Below are positions 1-9,784 of a stretch of 64,000 bases of DNA, piece after piece. The stretch covers positions 37,817-101,816 of the forward strand of contig CAVZUR010000002.1 in the NCBI GenBank assembly GCA_963778555.1, written 5' to 3'. Source of the DNA: Candidatus Moraniibacteriota bacterium (lineage in GTDB: Bacteria > Patescibacteriota > Minisyncoccia > Moranbacterales > UBA1568). How positions within the stretch are numbered: the stretch's first letter is position 1; each line of letters begins with the position of its first letter. Position numbers and translations under genes: made by a program. Below the pieces are notes generated by a model, which saw only the letters and a program-made list of their open reading frames with translations, did no database searches and was not told where the DNA came from.

Positions 1-303
1 GCTGGGCTGGTAATTTTTTTTCTCGCTGCTCACCTCTCGTTCACAGATATGGAAGCCTTTGTCCTCGCGGTAGCGATGATGGCCGGCTATGTCGGCCACC
101 TCATTCTCGACGAGTTGTATGCGGCGGTGAATTTCCATGGCACGCCGTTCGTTCCGAACAAAGCGCTGGGGAGCGCGCTCAAGCTCGCCTCGGATGACAC
201 GCTGATCAATGTGGCGGTGTACGGGGCGATCCTCTTCATGCTCGCCGGCAATGTCGGGCGTTTTGCGAATCTAGCGGAGCAGTTCTGGCAGGTCATTCAG
301 TAG
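1..303 (+). CDS. 3'-partial CDS; C-terminal part of a membrane-bound metal-dependent hydrolase-like (DUF457/YdjM-like) protein
   Basis: Frame 1 is open from base 1, with no stop before the listed 49..303 ORF. The hydrophobic segments and the 'AAHLSFTD...HLILDE' region look like a DUF457-type membrane hydrolase. The N-terminus lies outside the window. Confidence 0.45.
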   Translation, partial: AGLVIFFLAAHLSFTDMEAFVLAVAMMAGYVGHLILDELYAAVNFHGTPFVPNKALGSALKLASDDTLINVAVYGAILFMLAGNVGRFANLAEQFWQVIQ

Positions 304-362
304 CGCCCGTGCTAGGATGGGATATGCCGCTCGGCAGCCTTTCGTAATCAAGCGCTATCTCT

Positions 363-1025
363 ATGATCGAACTCAGGGGCGTTTCAAAAAGTTTTTCAGC
401 GGGTACGGAACAAATCAAAATCCTGAAATCGGTTGATCTGTCGCTCAAGAAAGGGGAGAAGGTCGCGATTATCGGTCCGTCGGGATCGGGCAAGACGACA
501 CTCCTCTCGCTGATCGCCGGACTCGATGCGCCGGATACAGGCACGGTCACGGTCGCCGGCACAGATCTCGCCACGCTCGATGAACGCTCGATGGCCCGTT
601 TCCGCAACGCGACGATCGGTATCGTCTTTCAATCGTTCGAGCTTGTAGCCCCCTTTACGGCGATTGAAAACGTCCGGGCGCCGCTCGATATCGCCGGTGC
701 CAGCGATGTCCGAGCAGCTGATGAATGGCTGCATTCGGTTGGTCTCGACGAGCGCCGCGAAGCGTTTCCCGGAACGCTCTCGGGAGGAGAGAAGCAGCGA
801 ACTGCTATCGCTCGCGCACTCGTCATGGGTCCGGCAGTCCTCTTGGCTGATGAGCCGACGGGGAGCCTCGACCGGGTGACTGGGGCAAAAGTGATTGACC
901 TCCTCATTGCGGAGTCGACCAAGACTGGTGCGACGCTCATTATCATCACGCATGACCAGAGTGTCGCGGAAAAGATGGATCGAGTATTTGAATTACGCGA
1001 CCAACAGCTCCATGTCCTCGTCTAG
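363..1025 (+). CDS. ABC transporter ATP-binding protein (YbbA/LolD/MacB-ATPase family)
   Basis: Walker A 'GPSGSGKTT', ABC signature 'LSGGEKQR' and Walker B 'LLADEPTGSLD'. Its stop overlaps the next gene's start. Confidence 0.9.
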   Translation: MIELRGVSKSFSAGTEQIKILKSVDLSLKKGEKVAIIGPSGSGKTTLLSLIAGLDAPDTGTVTVAGTDLATLDERSMARFRNATIGIVFQSFELVAPFTAIENVRAPLDIAGASDVRAADEWLHSVGLDERREAFPGTLSGGEKQRTAIARALVMGPAVLLADEPTGSLDRVTGAKVIDLLIAESTKTGATLIIITHDQSVAEKMDRVFELRDQQLHVLV

Positions 1026-3498
1026 GTATATCTTCACTTTCGGCGCACGACTGCTTCGCCGCGAGTGGCCGAAATACAGTCTCGCTTGCCTTTCGCTCCT
1101 GGTCACGAGCGTGACGTTCACGGTGGTTCTGGTCGGTGTCGATGGGGCTCGTGACTACCTGGAAAGTCGGTCACGAGAATTTGTCGGTGGCGATCTGACG
1201 CTCGAGTCTGGAACGCCGGTCAATGTCGCTCCGATTACCGCGGAGCTCGCGTCGTATGTGGTCGCTGAAGACCGTGAGATCGAACTGGCATTGGCGGTCC
1301 GAAGTTCCGCCGGCGTGTCTGGGGTCGCCGCTCGGGCGATCACCGCCGCTTTCCCACTCTACGGTCAAGTCGGAATCGAATCGGGACAGTACCAATTTCC
1401 AGCCGATGATGAGGTATATGCGGAACGGGTTGTTCTGGATCGGCTCCAGCTTTCGGTCGGTGAGGAACTTCGTATCGGGTTGGTGCCGTATCGAATCAAG
1501 GGTATCATCGCGCGCGAGCCGGATGCATTGGTTCAAGGTTTTCGCATCGCTCCACGACTGATCCTTTCCGAAGCTGGTTTGCGCCGCGCCAATATCACGC
1601 TTTCTGAAAGTCGGAGCGAATATGAATACCGCTATCGTTTTAGTATCCCAGTTCCTGAGGCGACGCTCGCATCGGTAGTCGAACGGGCAGAACAGTCTGG
1701 CATTGAGACACGGGTTGCCGGCGACGGTAAATCTGGCTTTCTTCGACGGCTCGCTAATGTCGAGCGTTTTTTCCTTATCACGGTGCTTATCGGGGCCGTG
1801 CTGTCATCAGTGAACGTCTATGCGAATGCACTTTCGCTCGTTACGCGGCTCCGCCGGAGCTTTGCTATCTTCCTAGTACTCGGCGCGACAAAGCGCTCGC
1901 TTGTTGCACTCGTGCTTGGCATCATCGGAGCGATCACGCTCATGGCCGCTCTGCTCGGTGCCGTTATCGGACTCGGACTCGTCGGTTGGCTCTATGCCTG
2001 GGTGAGACGCGAAACCGGCATCGAACTCACGTTCACAGTATCGTCGGCTGCGATCTCCCTCGTGGTTGTCGGGACGCTGACGACCAGTTTGGCAGCGGCT
2101 TTTCCGGCCATCCGCGACCTCCTTTCGCTCAAGCCCACACTCCTGCTTGCTGGCTCTGATGTCGACCGCACGAAGCAGTCCGGACTCTTGATCATCGGGA
2201 TGTCGTTCGCGTCATTCCTCCCGTTGTTTGCACTCGCGTCATTCCTCATCGGCCGTGTCGATCAGGCCGGTCTTGCAGTGGGCGGCACGCTGGCGGTCTT
2301 TGTCTGTCTCTCATATTTGGTCGGAGCCGGTATCCACGCTCTCTACCGAGGTCGTCGGCGCTACCCATTCTTCTTTCGAACGATCATCGCAGAAAAGTAT
2401 TCCGACGGCGTATTCGGCACCGTCGCAGCGACTTCACTAGCAATCGCGCTCACGAGCATCTTCGCTCTCTCGCTCCTAGAACGCAGCCTGGAACGCTTCT
2501 TCGATACCGGAATCGGTACAACGATCCCGAGCGCTTACGTGATCGACGTCCAGGCGGATCAATTGCCAATTATCGAACGTATCGTCCCGAACGCGGTGCT
2601 TTTTCCGAATATCCGCGCGCGCATTCAGCGCATCGATGAGCGTCAAATCCAGGAGCGCCTTCGCGATGAGGCATCAGGGGAGGATCGAGAGCTGGGAAGA
2701 GAATTTAACCTGACCTTTCGGACGGAGCTTCTCGCAAGCGAAACGGTCGCCGCTGGCCGGTGGCAGGGGGTCCAGACAGGCGAGGTTTCGGTTGAGCAGG
2801 ATTTCGCGGAGCGGGCCGGTATCCGTCTCGGTTCGACGATCGAGTTCTTCATCCAGGGAGTGACGATGACTGTGAGAGTGACAAGTTTTCGAACGACCGA
2901 TACCACGAGCGGTCTGCCGTTCTTTTATTTCGTCCTTCATCCCGATGATGTACGCCGGTATCCGGCGAGCTACTTTGGTTATGCGAACGTGGAAGGCGAG
3001 ACGCTCCGGAGGATGGAGCGCTCGCTCGCCGTGGAGGCCCCCAATGTGAGCGTCCTCGATACCACGGCGCTTGGAGCCACGGTGCGCGAAGTGACGGGGA
3101 TCGTGCTGACCCTTCTTTCGGTTATTACACTACCGCCGCTTCTACTTGCGACGCTCCTCATCATCACGCTCATCGCCTCAACATTCCTCGGTCGGCGACG
3201 TGATGCGCTCCGACTTCGTGTCCTCGGAGCGACGCGGGGACTGACGGTTCGCCTCTATCTCGCCGAGACGGTATTGACGGTGTTCGTGGTGAGTCTGGTT
3301 GCTGTTCTGCTCGCTCAGGGGGTGGTGTTTGCGCTGACGGAATGGGTGCTCGAGGGCGTTTCACCGGTCTGGTACGATATGAAGCTTGTCGAAATCACTC
3401 TCGGCCTCGGTCTGGCGCTGCTCCTCTATGCGTTCGTCCTTCTCCGCACGGGTGAACGAAACTTACGTGACGCCCTGTCCTATGAGGAAAACCACTAG
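1012..3498 (+). CDS. ABC transporter permease, FtsX-like (YbbP family, two FtsX domains)
   Basis: ATG at 1012 overlaps the ATPase stop. It encodes a large polytopic protein whose N-terminus 'MSSSRYIFTFGARLLRREWPKY' is typical of MacB/YbbP permeases. Confidence 0.8.
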   Translation: MSSSRYIFTFGARLLRREWPKYSLACLSLLVTSVTFTVVLVGVDGARDYLESRSREFVGGDLTLESGTPVNVAPITAELASYVVAEDREIELALAVRSSAGVSGVAARAITAAFPLYGQVGIESGQYQFPADDEVYAERVVLDRLQLSVGEELRIGLVPYRIKGIIAREPDALVQGFRIAPRLILSEAGLRRANITLSESRSEYEYRYRFSIPVPEATLASVVERAEQSGIETRVAGDGKSGFLRRLANVERFFLITVLIGAVLSSVNVYANALSLVTRLRRSFAIFLVLGATKRSLVALVLGIIGAITLMAALLGAVIGLGLVGWLYAWVRRETGIELTFTVSSAAISLVVVGTLTTSLAAAFPAIRDLLSLKPTLLLAGSDVDRTKQSGLLIIGMSFASFLPLFALASFLIGRVDQAGLAVGGTLAVFVCLSYLVGAGIHALYRGRRRYPFFFRTIIAEKYSDGVFGTVAATSLAIALTSIFALSLLERSLERFFDTGIGTTIPSAYVIDVQADQLPIIERIVPNAVLFPNIRARIQRIDERQIQERLRDEASGEDRELGREFNLTFRTELLASETVAAGRWQGVQTGEVSVEQDFAERAGIRLGSTIEFFIQGVTMTVRVTSFRTTDTTSGLPFFYFVLHPDDVRRYPASYFGYANVEGETLRRMERSLAVEAPNVSVLDTTALGATVREVTGIVLTLLSVITLPPLLLATLLIITLIASTFLGRRRDALRLRVLGATRGLTVRLYLAETVLTVFVVSLVAVLLAQGVVFALTEWVLEGVSPVWYDMKLVEITLGLGLALLLYAFVLLRTGERNLRDALSYEENH

Positions 3499-4177
3499 CG
3501 CCATCATTATTGGCGGCCTCGTGTTCCTGGTCGCACTTGGGATAGGGCTCGCTGTTCGGTTTCAGTTACCGGCGCAGGAAGCCTCTCCTCCGCCTGCAGC
3601 CGCACCGATGTCTCCGCGTTTCCGTATCGTCGCTTTTGGCGATAGCCTGACCGCGGGCTACAATCTACCGATCGAGGAGGCGTATCCAGCGGCGCTGGAA
3701 CGGGCGCTCGTCGACCGAGGCTGGTCGGTCGAAGTCATCAATTCAGGCGTATCTGGTGAAACATCGGCTGGCGGCGTGCGTCGGGCGGAGTTCATCCGCA
3801 GCCTGGAACCAGACCTCGTCTTGTTCGGTCTCGGTGGCAATGATGCGCTCCGTCTGCTGTCCCCGGCTGAGCTTGAAAGGAACCTTTCCGAAGCGCTGTC
3901 GATCCTCCGAGCTGGCGATAATTCGCCCCAGATTCTCCTCATTGGTATGCGAGCGCCAGCCAATGCTGACGCAGCCTATCGTTCGGCGTTCGACGCGGTG
4001 TATCCAAAGTTGGCGAAACAGCTCGGTCTCCCTCTGATCCCATTCTTTCTTGAAGGCGTGGCGCTCGATCCGCGCTACACCCTAATGGACGGCATCCATC
4101 CGAATCCAGCTGGCTATCAGATCATCGTCGAGCGGACGCTCTTGCCGCCCGTTCTTGAGATACTGAGCGAGTTGTGA
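3482..4177 (+). CDS. tesA: SGNH/GDSL hydrolase (arylesterase / acyl-CoA thioesterase I, TesA-like) with N-terminal signal/TM
   Basis: SGNH/GDSL-family blocks 'FGDSLTAGY', 'GGNDALR' and 'DGIHPN'. The neighbouring ybbA/ybbP-like genes mirror the E. coli tesA-ybbA-ybbP neighbourhood. Confidence 0.8.
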   Translation: MRKTTSAIIIGGLVFLVALGIGLAVRFQLPAQEASPPPAAAPMSPRFRIVAFGDSLTAGYNLPIEEAYPAALERALVDRGWSVEVINSGVSGETSAGGVRRAEFIRSLEPDLVLFGLGGNDALRLLSPAELERNLSEALSILRAGDNSPQILLIGMRAPANADAAYRSAFDAVYPKLAKQLGLPLIPFFLEGVALDPRYTLMDGIHPNPAGYQIIVERTLLPPVLEILSEL

Positions 4178-4227
4178 GAAACTCGCTGGTGGAGGGTGAT
4201 ATCAGGCAGGGTGGCGGATAGGTAATC

Positions 4228-4536
4228 ATGCAGACCATGACGGTAAAGAAGCATTTTAAAATCAGTGGAAAAATTTTCCGCTACACCGTCGAGCCGGCGA
4301 GCTGGTACTTCGTCTATATCGATGATGTTACGACCGCGGCAATCCGGGCGGCCCGGACGAAGACCGTTGGTTTCCAGTATGTGCCGGTCGAGGCGAAGGT
4401 AGGGAAGACGACCTGGCGGACGACCCTGTTTCCGACAAAAGAAGGACCCTATCTCCTGGCACTGAAGGCCAAAGTCCGTCAGGCTGAAGGCCTTCGCGTC
4501 GGCGCGGTGATTCGCTTTACGCTGCAGCTCTTGTGA
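4228..4536 (+). CDS. DUF1905 domain protein
   Basis: 102 aa. The 'TKEGPYLLALKAKVRQAEGLRVGAVI' block matches the DUF1905 family. Confidence 0.55.
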   Translation: MQTMTVKKHFKISGKIFRYTVEPASWYFVYIDDVTTAAIRAARTKTVGFQYVPVEAKVGKTTWRTTLFPTKEGPYLLALKAKVRQAEGLRVGAVIRFTLQLL

Positions 4537-4550
4537 TACAGTGAGAGCAT

Positions 4551-4949
4551 ATGCTTGCATCCAAACCTTCCTTTCGGCAGCTGGCGTTCCTCATCGATTA
4601 CTGGTCGATGCCGCACTTTCTCCTCGGTACGCTCGTCGCGATGATGAGCAGTGTCTTCGGTCAACCCGCGGTGCCGTTTTTTTTCATCACGCTCGCCATC
4701 GCCATTTTGTGGGAACTCGTCGAGATGCGCTTCCGTATCCGCGAAGCCCGGATCAATGTGGCCTCGGACATCATCACCCCGCTCTTCGCCTTTATGCTGA
4801 CTAGATGGATTGTCGGCTCGCAAACCATGACCCAAGAGCAGCACGTCGCGCTCCTCAGCGTGACGATTATCTTCTACGCTTTGGTCAGTTATGCTGCGTG
4901 GAGGGCACGTTACGATGATGACCCGGATTTCCAAGACACGATTGCGTAG
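4551..4949 (+). CDS. hypothetical membrane protein
   Basis: 132 aa with about 4 predicted TM segments and no recognisable family. Confidence 0.5.
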   Translation: MLASKPSFRQLAFLIDYWSMPHFLLGTLVAMMSSVFGQPAVPFFFITLAIAILWELVEMRFRIREARINVASDIITPLFAFMLTRWIVGSQTMTQEQHVALLSVTIIFYALVSYAAWRARYDDDPDFQDTIA

Positions 4950-5252
4950 CCTCCCGGAAATTCCAGGCTTAACTCTGTTTTCGGCTATTGGCCGGCCAGA
5001 TTTTTCGGGTCAATAAAAAAAGCGCTCAAGCGCCGGGGTTTCAATATTCTTGCAGTTGAATGAAAAGCCCTCAATGCGGGCCAGACGACTGAATCCCAAA
5101 AATGATAGTGTCGGAAAAATCATTTCCCTGATACCAGGTGGGTTTCAATTTTTCGTGAGACCGTTCTGAAGGCTTTCCATCTCGAGTATAGCACTTTTCC
5201 AAGGAAGTCAACACGCTCGCGTTTGCGGAGAATGGTATACTGCAAAAAATAG

Positions 5253-6323
5253 ATGACTCGCACGCTTTCATTGCCACTTATGTCGCGACTACTTCAATAC
5301 GGCAGCGGGGCACTTCTAATCGGCACCGTGATTCTCTGGTCGTACTGGTCTTCCGGAGCTGACGGGACACTGCCGACGTACCGACCCGCCGATAGCGATG
5401 CACCGTCGACCGAGGGGCTTCCGACCGTGAATGCTCCAAACCCAGTCTCGCTCCCGGCGCTCATGGCTAAGGATTATGATGGACGTGATTTCCGGGTGGG
5501 GCGAGTGCTCGACGACAACGCCGCTTACACACGGACCTTTATCACGTACAAAAGCGGTGATCTGACCATTTCGGGAATCATGAATGTGCCAAAAGGGATA
5601 CCGCCCATCACCGGCTGGCCGATTCTCTTCCTCAATCATGGGCATATCGATACAGCTATCTATACCAATGGCCGCGGATTGAAGCGCGAACAGGATTATT
5701 TCGCTCGCCATGGCTACGCGGTGATTCATTCTGATTACCGGAATCATGCCGAATCCGACAAGGATCCGGAAAATGAGTTGCATTTTCGGCTCGGCTACAC
5801 CGAGGATATCGTCAATGCGATCTATGCAGTCCGAGCCGCCCGGCTGCCGTATCTCGATAGTGAGCGGATCGGCATGCTCGGCCACTCGATGGGCGGGGGC
5901 GTGACCCTGAATGTACTCGTCGTCGCGCCAACGCTCGTCGATGCGGCGGTCCTGTTCGCTCCCGTCTCGGCCAACTACGAGCGCAACTATGAACGCTGGA
6001 CGAAACGCGAGAGCGCAACCGGGAAGCAAATCATCGAACGCTATGGGACGCCAGAAGCCAACCCGGATTTCTGGAATGCCATCTCGGCGAAGAATTACTT
6101 CGACCGTATCACGGCCCCGATCCAGAACCATCACGGTACGTTGGATGAGTCCGTCGAGTTGAAATGGTCGGATGAGCTCGAGGGGTGGCTGAAGGATGCC
6201 GACAAGGACATAGAGTATCTAGTCTATCCGGGCGAGCCGCATGAGTTCATCGACGCTTGGCCACTTGTCATGCGCCGCACTCTCGCTTTCTTTGACCGGC
6301 ACGTGAAGGGGAAGCCGCGTTAG
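5253..6323 (+). CDS. alpha/beta hydrolase (S9 peptidase/dienelactone hydrolase-like), N-terminal TM
   Basis: Nucleophile elbow 'GHSMGGG', an N-terminal hydrophobic anchor, and a C-terminal His in 'GEPHEF'. Confidence 0.7.
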   Translation: MTRTLSLPLMSRLLQYGSGALLIGTVILWSYWSSGADGTLPTYRPADSDAPSTEGLPTVNAPNPVSLPALMAKDYDGRDFRVGRVLDDNAAYTRTFITYKSGDLTISGIMNVPKGIPPITGWPILFLNHGHIDTAIYTNGRGLKREQDYFARHGYAVIHSDYRNHAESDKDPENELHFRLGYTEDIVNAIYAVRAARLPYLDSERIGMLGHSMGGGVTLNVLVVAPTLVDAAVLFAPVSANYERNYERWTKRESATGKQIIERYGTPEANPDFWNAISAKNYFDRITAPIQNHHGTLDESVELKWSDELEGWLKDADKDIEYLVYPGEPHEFIDAWPLVMRRTLAFFDRHVKGKPR

Positions 6324-6370
6324 GTCGCTGCAGCGGACAATGCGCTATAATGAGGCAGCAAGACAAAAAA

Positions 6371-7601
6371 ATGAAAAGATTTTTTTCGTATCTCTTTTTC
6401 CTCCTCCTGACAGCCGGACTGTTCATCGGGGTCTATTGGCTCAATTGGTTCCATCCCGCCATTAATCCGGGCCAGGAAGTGACCTTCGTTGCTGAACAGC
6501 CGTCGAATGAATCTGGTATTATCATCCGCGATGCTCCCGATCCCGAGGGACGCACGCCGGACAAGAATCCGCCCATTCTGGTCGAAGCAATCGCCTCCGG
6601 TTTGGATACGCCGTGGGATTTGGTTTTCACGTCGCCTTCCCGTATTCTCATCACGGAACGGCCGGGACAGATTCGCGTCCTAGAAAACGGCACTTTGCGC
6701 GAAACGCCGCTCCATGTTTTTACAGAAGTCGTAGAGAAAGGCGAGGATGGGTTGATGTCGATCGCAGTTGGTCCTGCATATTCGGAAAATCATTTCCTCT
6801 ACGCCGCGATCGCGTATGGCGAAGCGGATCGGCTCTGGCTGAAAGTCATGCGTTTCATCGATACCGGAAATGCGCTCACTGAACCGTTTACTGTGATTGA
6901 TCGTATCCCAGCCGCTCAGTTCCATGCTGGCTGCCGGATCGCGTTCGGTCCCGACGGGAAGCTTTATGTCACGACGGGTGACGCGACGGACAAGACTCTC
7001 GCTCAGGATCCGGCATCGCTTGCCGGAAAAATTCTCCGCCTCAATAAAGATGGGACGATACCTGACTGACAATCCCTTTGTCGGAAGTGCAGTCTGGTCA
7101 CTCGGCCATCGCAATCCGCAGGGGCTGGCCTGGCAGCCGGAAGCTGGGATTCTGTTTGAAACGGAACATGGTCCTTCGCTTTTCGACGGACCAGCGGGTG
7201 GAGATGAAGTAAATAGAATCGAGAAGGGTGGGAACTATGGTTGGCCCCTGGTTTCGCATGAAAACTCGCGCGAAGGCTTCGTTTCGCCACTGGTCGTCTT
7301 TACGCCGGCCGAAGCGCCCGGCTCGCTCATGATCTATTCTGGTCGGGTCTTTCCGGAGTGGCGGGGCAATCTGTTCTTTGGCGCGCTTAAAGGCGAAGGA
7401 CTCATGCGGATTCGACTGGAGGGGACTGATGCGAAAAAGGTGGCCGCATACGGTAAACTGGGCGAGGTCAAACTCGGCCGCATCCGGGCGGTAGTGGAAG
7501 GGCCGGACGGCAATATCTATTTCACGACGTCCAACCGTGATGGGCGCGGCCAGCCCGCGCCACTTGATGACCGCATCTTCCGCATCCGAGGCAAGGATTA
7601 G
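6371..7601 (+). CDS. PQQ-dependent soluble aldose sugar dehydrogenase (YliI/SGDH family), frameshifted (fragments 6350..7069 and 6897..7601)
   Basis: Six-bladed beta-propeller SGDH motifs are split over two frames. The reading frame breaks at a tandem CTGA CTGA at 7063-7070. Removing one copy restores '...DGTIPDNPFVG...'. Confidence 0.75.
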
Positions 7602-7627
7602 GCCCAAAACGGACCTTTTTCGGACAC

Positions 7628-7657
7628 TTGACTCTTAGTACCCCCGGGGGGTATAAT
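7628..7657 (+). promoter_or_regulatory. consensus sigma70 promoter TTGACT-18-TATAAT for the SDR gene
   Basis: -35 TTGACT at 7628-7633 and -10 TATAAT at 7652-7657. The spacer contains the palindrome CCCCCGGGGGG. GGAG lies 8 nt before the ATG at 7713. Confidence 0.6.
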
Positions 7658-7712
7658 GCAGGGGTGAATTTCATGCGGTTGAACCTAACCCATTACCACC
7701 AGGAGCAGTCTT

Positions 7713-8471
7713 ATGAGTACGTACCTTAAAGGCAAACACGCGCTTGTTCTCGGAGCGAGCGGCGGTATCGGACAGGCGGTGGCGCGCAAGTATGTCGATG
7801 CGGGTGTTTCAGCGCTCAGCATTACCTATAACAGCAAACAGGCTGAAGCGGAGGCGCTCGCCGAAGAATTACGCGCGAAAGGAGTGCGGGTCTTTGTTTC
7901 GGGCATTGATCGCATGAATCCGATGGCGGTGGAACAACTGCTTGAAGCTGCGGTGGCGGCGAACGGCCAGGAGATCGATATTGTCGCCGACAATATCGGC
8001 TACTCGCCTGATACGCCTTTCGCGGACCAGACGCCGGAACTTTGGGCCAAGGTGCTCGCTACCAATCTCATCGGCTGCTATGTATCGACACGCGCTATCG
8101 GCGACCGGATGGTAGCCAAAGGTATCAAGGGTCGTATCGTTGTTGTGACGTCGATCAATGGCCGCCGGACGTTCAGCTCGAATTCCGCGCCCTACGATTC
8201 TTCGAAAGCAGGCCAGGAAGCACTCGTTAAGAACGCGAGCTACTACTATGCGTCATCGGGCATCCACATTAATGCAGTGGCTCCCGGCTGGGTCGATACC
8301 CAGATGAACAAGACAGTCACTGACGAGGACTGGGCGATTGAGCTGCCGAAGATCAAGAGTGGACGGCAGGCAAAGCCAGAAGAGATTGCCAGCCTGATTA
8401 TTTCGCTTTCCGGCGATGCCTCTGACTACGTCTACGGTTCAATCGTCGATATCGAGGGAGCGTACTACTAA
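7713..8471 (+). CDS. SDR-family short-chain dehydrogenase/reductase
   Basis: Rossmann motif 'LGASGGIGQAVA', catalytic 'YDSSKAG', and an upstream GGAG Shine-Dalgarno. Confidence 0.85.
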   Translation: MSTYLKGKHALVLGASGGIGQAVARKYVDAGVSALSITYNSKQAEAEALAEELRAKGVRVFVSGIDRMNPMAVEQLLEAAVAANGQEIDIVADNIGYSPDTPFADQTPELWAKVLATNLIGCYVSTRAIGDRMVAKGIKGRIVVVTSINGRRTFSSNSAPYDSSKAGQEALVKNASYYYASSGIHINAVAPGWVDTQMNKTVTDEDWAIELPKIKSGRQAKPEEIASLIISLSGDASDYVYGSIVDIEGAYY

Positions 8472-8498
8472 AGAGGGCGAATCAGCAGTTCGCTGTTC

Positions 8499-8529
8499 CA
8501 GGGTCTTCGCACAAGGACCCTGTTTTTTT
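8499..8529 (+). terminator. rho-independent terminator after SDR gene
   Basis: A 7-bp stem CAGGGTC/GACCCTG with a 9-nt loop, followed by T8. Confidence 0.75.
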
Positions 8530-8579
8530 TGTCTCGAACGAGTAGAATGAGAGAGTGCTGCATTATCTTATTTCTGTCT

Positions 8580-9743
8580 ATGGCCGCAAAGAAACGATTG
8601 GTCACAAAAAAGAATTATGGCCAGCTCGCGCTCGCGTTGCACAAAAAGTTGCGTGGGAAAGTGAGTGTGGTACCGAAAATCCCCGTGACAAACAAAGAGG
8701 ATCTCGCTGTGGTGTATACGCCGGGCGTCGGCGCCGTATCGAGCTATCTCGCCACTCACCCGGAGGAGACGGACAAGTATACGATGAAGGGGAATATGGT
8801 CGCCGTCATCTCTGACGGTTCGGCCGTACTCGGTCTCGGCAATATCGGGCCTGCTGCAGCACTGCCGGTCATGGAGGGAAAAGCGATGCTCTTCCAGTCT
8901 CTCGCCGGTGTCGACGCGTTTCCGATCGTCTTGGCGACCCAAGACACCGAAGAGATCATCGAGACGGTGAAGCGGATCGCCCCCGGCTTCGGTGGCGTCA
9001 ATCTGGAGGACATCGCTGCGCCGCGCTGCTTCGAAATCGAACGGCGGCTCCAAGAGGAACTCGATATTCCCGTGATGCATGATGATCAGCATGGGACGGC
9101 GATGGTGGTTCTTACCGGCTTCATCAATGCCTTGAAAGTCGTGAGGAAGAAAAAAGAATCGGTCTGGGTCGTCATCTCGGGCGCCGGTGCGGCTGGACAG
9201 GCGATTGCAGAACTTCTGATTATATATGGAGTGCAGAATATCGTCATCGTCGATAGTCACGGCATTCTCGGTCCGAATCGCGGTGATCTCGATCAGCACA
9301 AACAGGCACTGCGTTCCGAAACCAATCCGGATGGCATCGATGGCGATCTCTCGGTAGCGGTCACTGGGGCCGATGTTTTCATCGGTGTTTCGAAGGCGGG
9401 TGTCTTGACGGAAGACCATGTGCGCACGATGGCGCCTGATCCGATTGTCTTCGCGCTCGCCAATCCGGTGCCCGAAATCATGCCGGAGGCGGCCCTTCGA
9501 GCCGGCGCTCGGATAGTCGCGACGGGGCGGTCGGACTTTCCGAATCAGATCAATAATTCACTCGGTTTCCCGGGTATATTCCGCGGGGCGCTCGATCACC
9601 GTGTGCGGCGGATCACAGATGCGATGCTCGTGAAAGCCGCCAAGAATCTCGCCGCGCTCATCGCTAAACCGACCGCTGCAAACATCATTCCGAATACGTT
9701 CGACCGGCGCGTCGTACCGGCCGTCGCCAAAGCGATCCGGTAA
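8580..9743 (+). CDS. NAD(P)-dependent malic enzyme (malate dehydrogenase, oxaloacetate-decarboxylating)
   Basis: Conserved malic-enzyme blocks 'VYTPGVG', 'GNIGPAAALPVMEGKAMLF' and 'VISGAGAAG'. Confidence 0.85.
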   Translation: MAAKKRLVTKKNYGQLALALHKKLRGKVSVVPKIPVTNKEDLAVVYTPGVGAVSSYLATHPEETDKYTMKGNMVAVISDGSAVLGLGNIGPAAALPVMEGKAMLFQSLAGVDAFPIVLATQDTEEIIETVKRIAPGFGGVNLEDIAAPRCFEIERRLQEELDIPVMHDDQHGTAMVVLTGFINALKVVRKKKESVWVVISGAGAAGQAIAELLIIYGVQNIVIVDSHGILGPNRGDLDQHKQALRSETNPDGIDGDLSVAVTGADVFIGVSKAGVLTEDHVRTMAPDPIVFALANPVPEIMPEAALRAGARIVATGRSDFPNQINNSLGFPGIFRGALDHRVRRITDAMLVKAAKNLAALIAKPTAANIIPNTFDRRVVPAVAKAIR

Positions 9744-9784
9744 TCTCAGGCGGGATGTTATACTAATGGTAGAGTCAGCCTTCT

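Noticed and set aside
5071-5277. Minus-strand 68-aa ORF 5071..5277 as a protein gene
   Set aside because: Its start lies upstream of the only recognisable minus-strand promoter. It has no SD and the translation is not protein-like. The region is treated instead as a possible ncRNA.
8568-9419. Long antisense ORFs (e.g. 8568..9419-, 10549..11289-, 17286..18050-, 29983..30936-, 52226..53629-)
   Set aside because: They lie entirely within well-supported + strand genes. Their Arg/Pro/Gly-rich, low-complexity translations are typical of spurious antisense frames in high-GC DNA. They have no RBS or domain signal.
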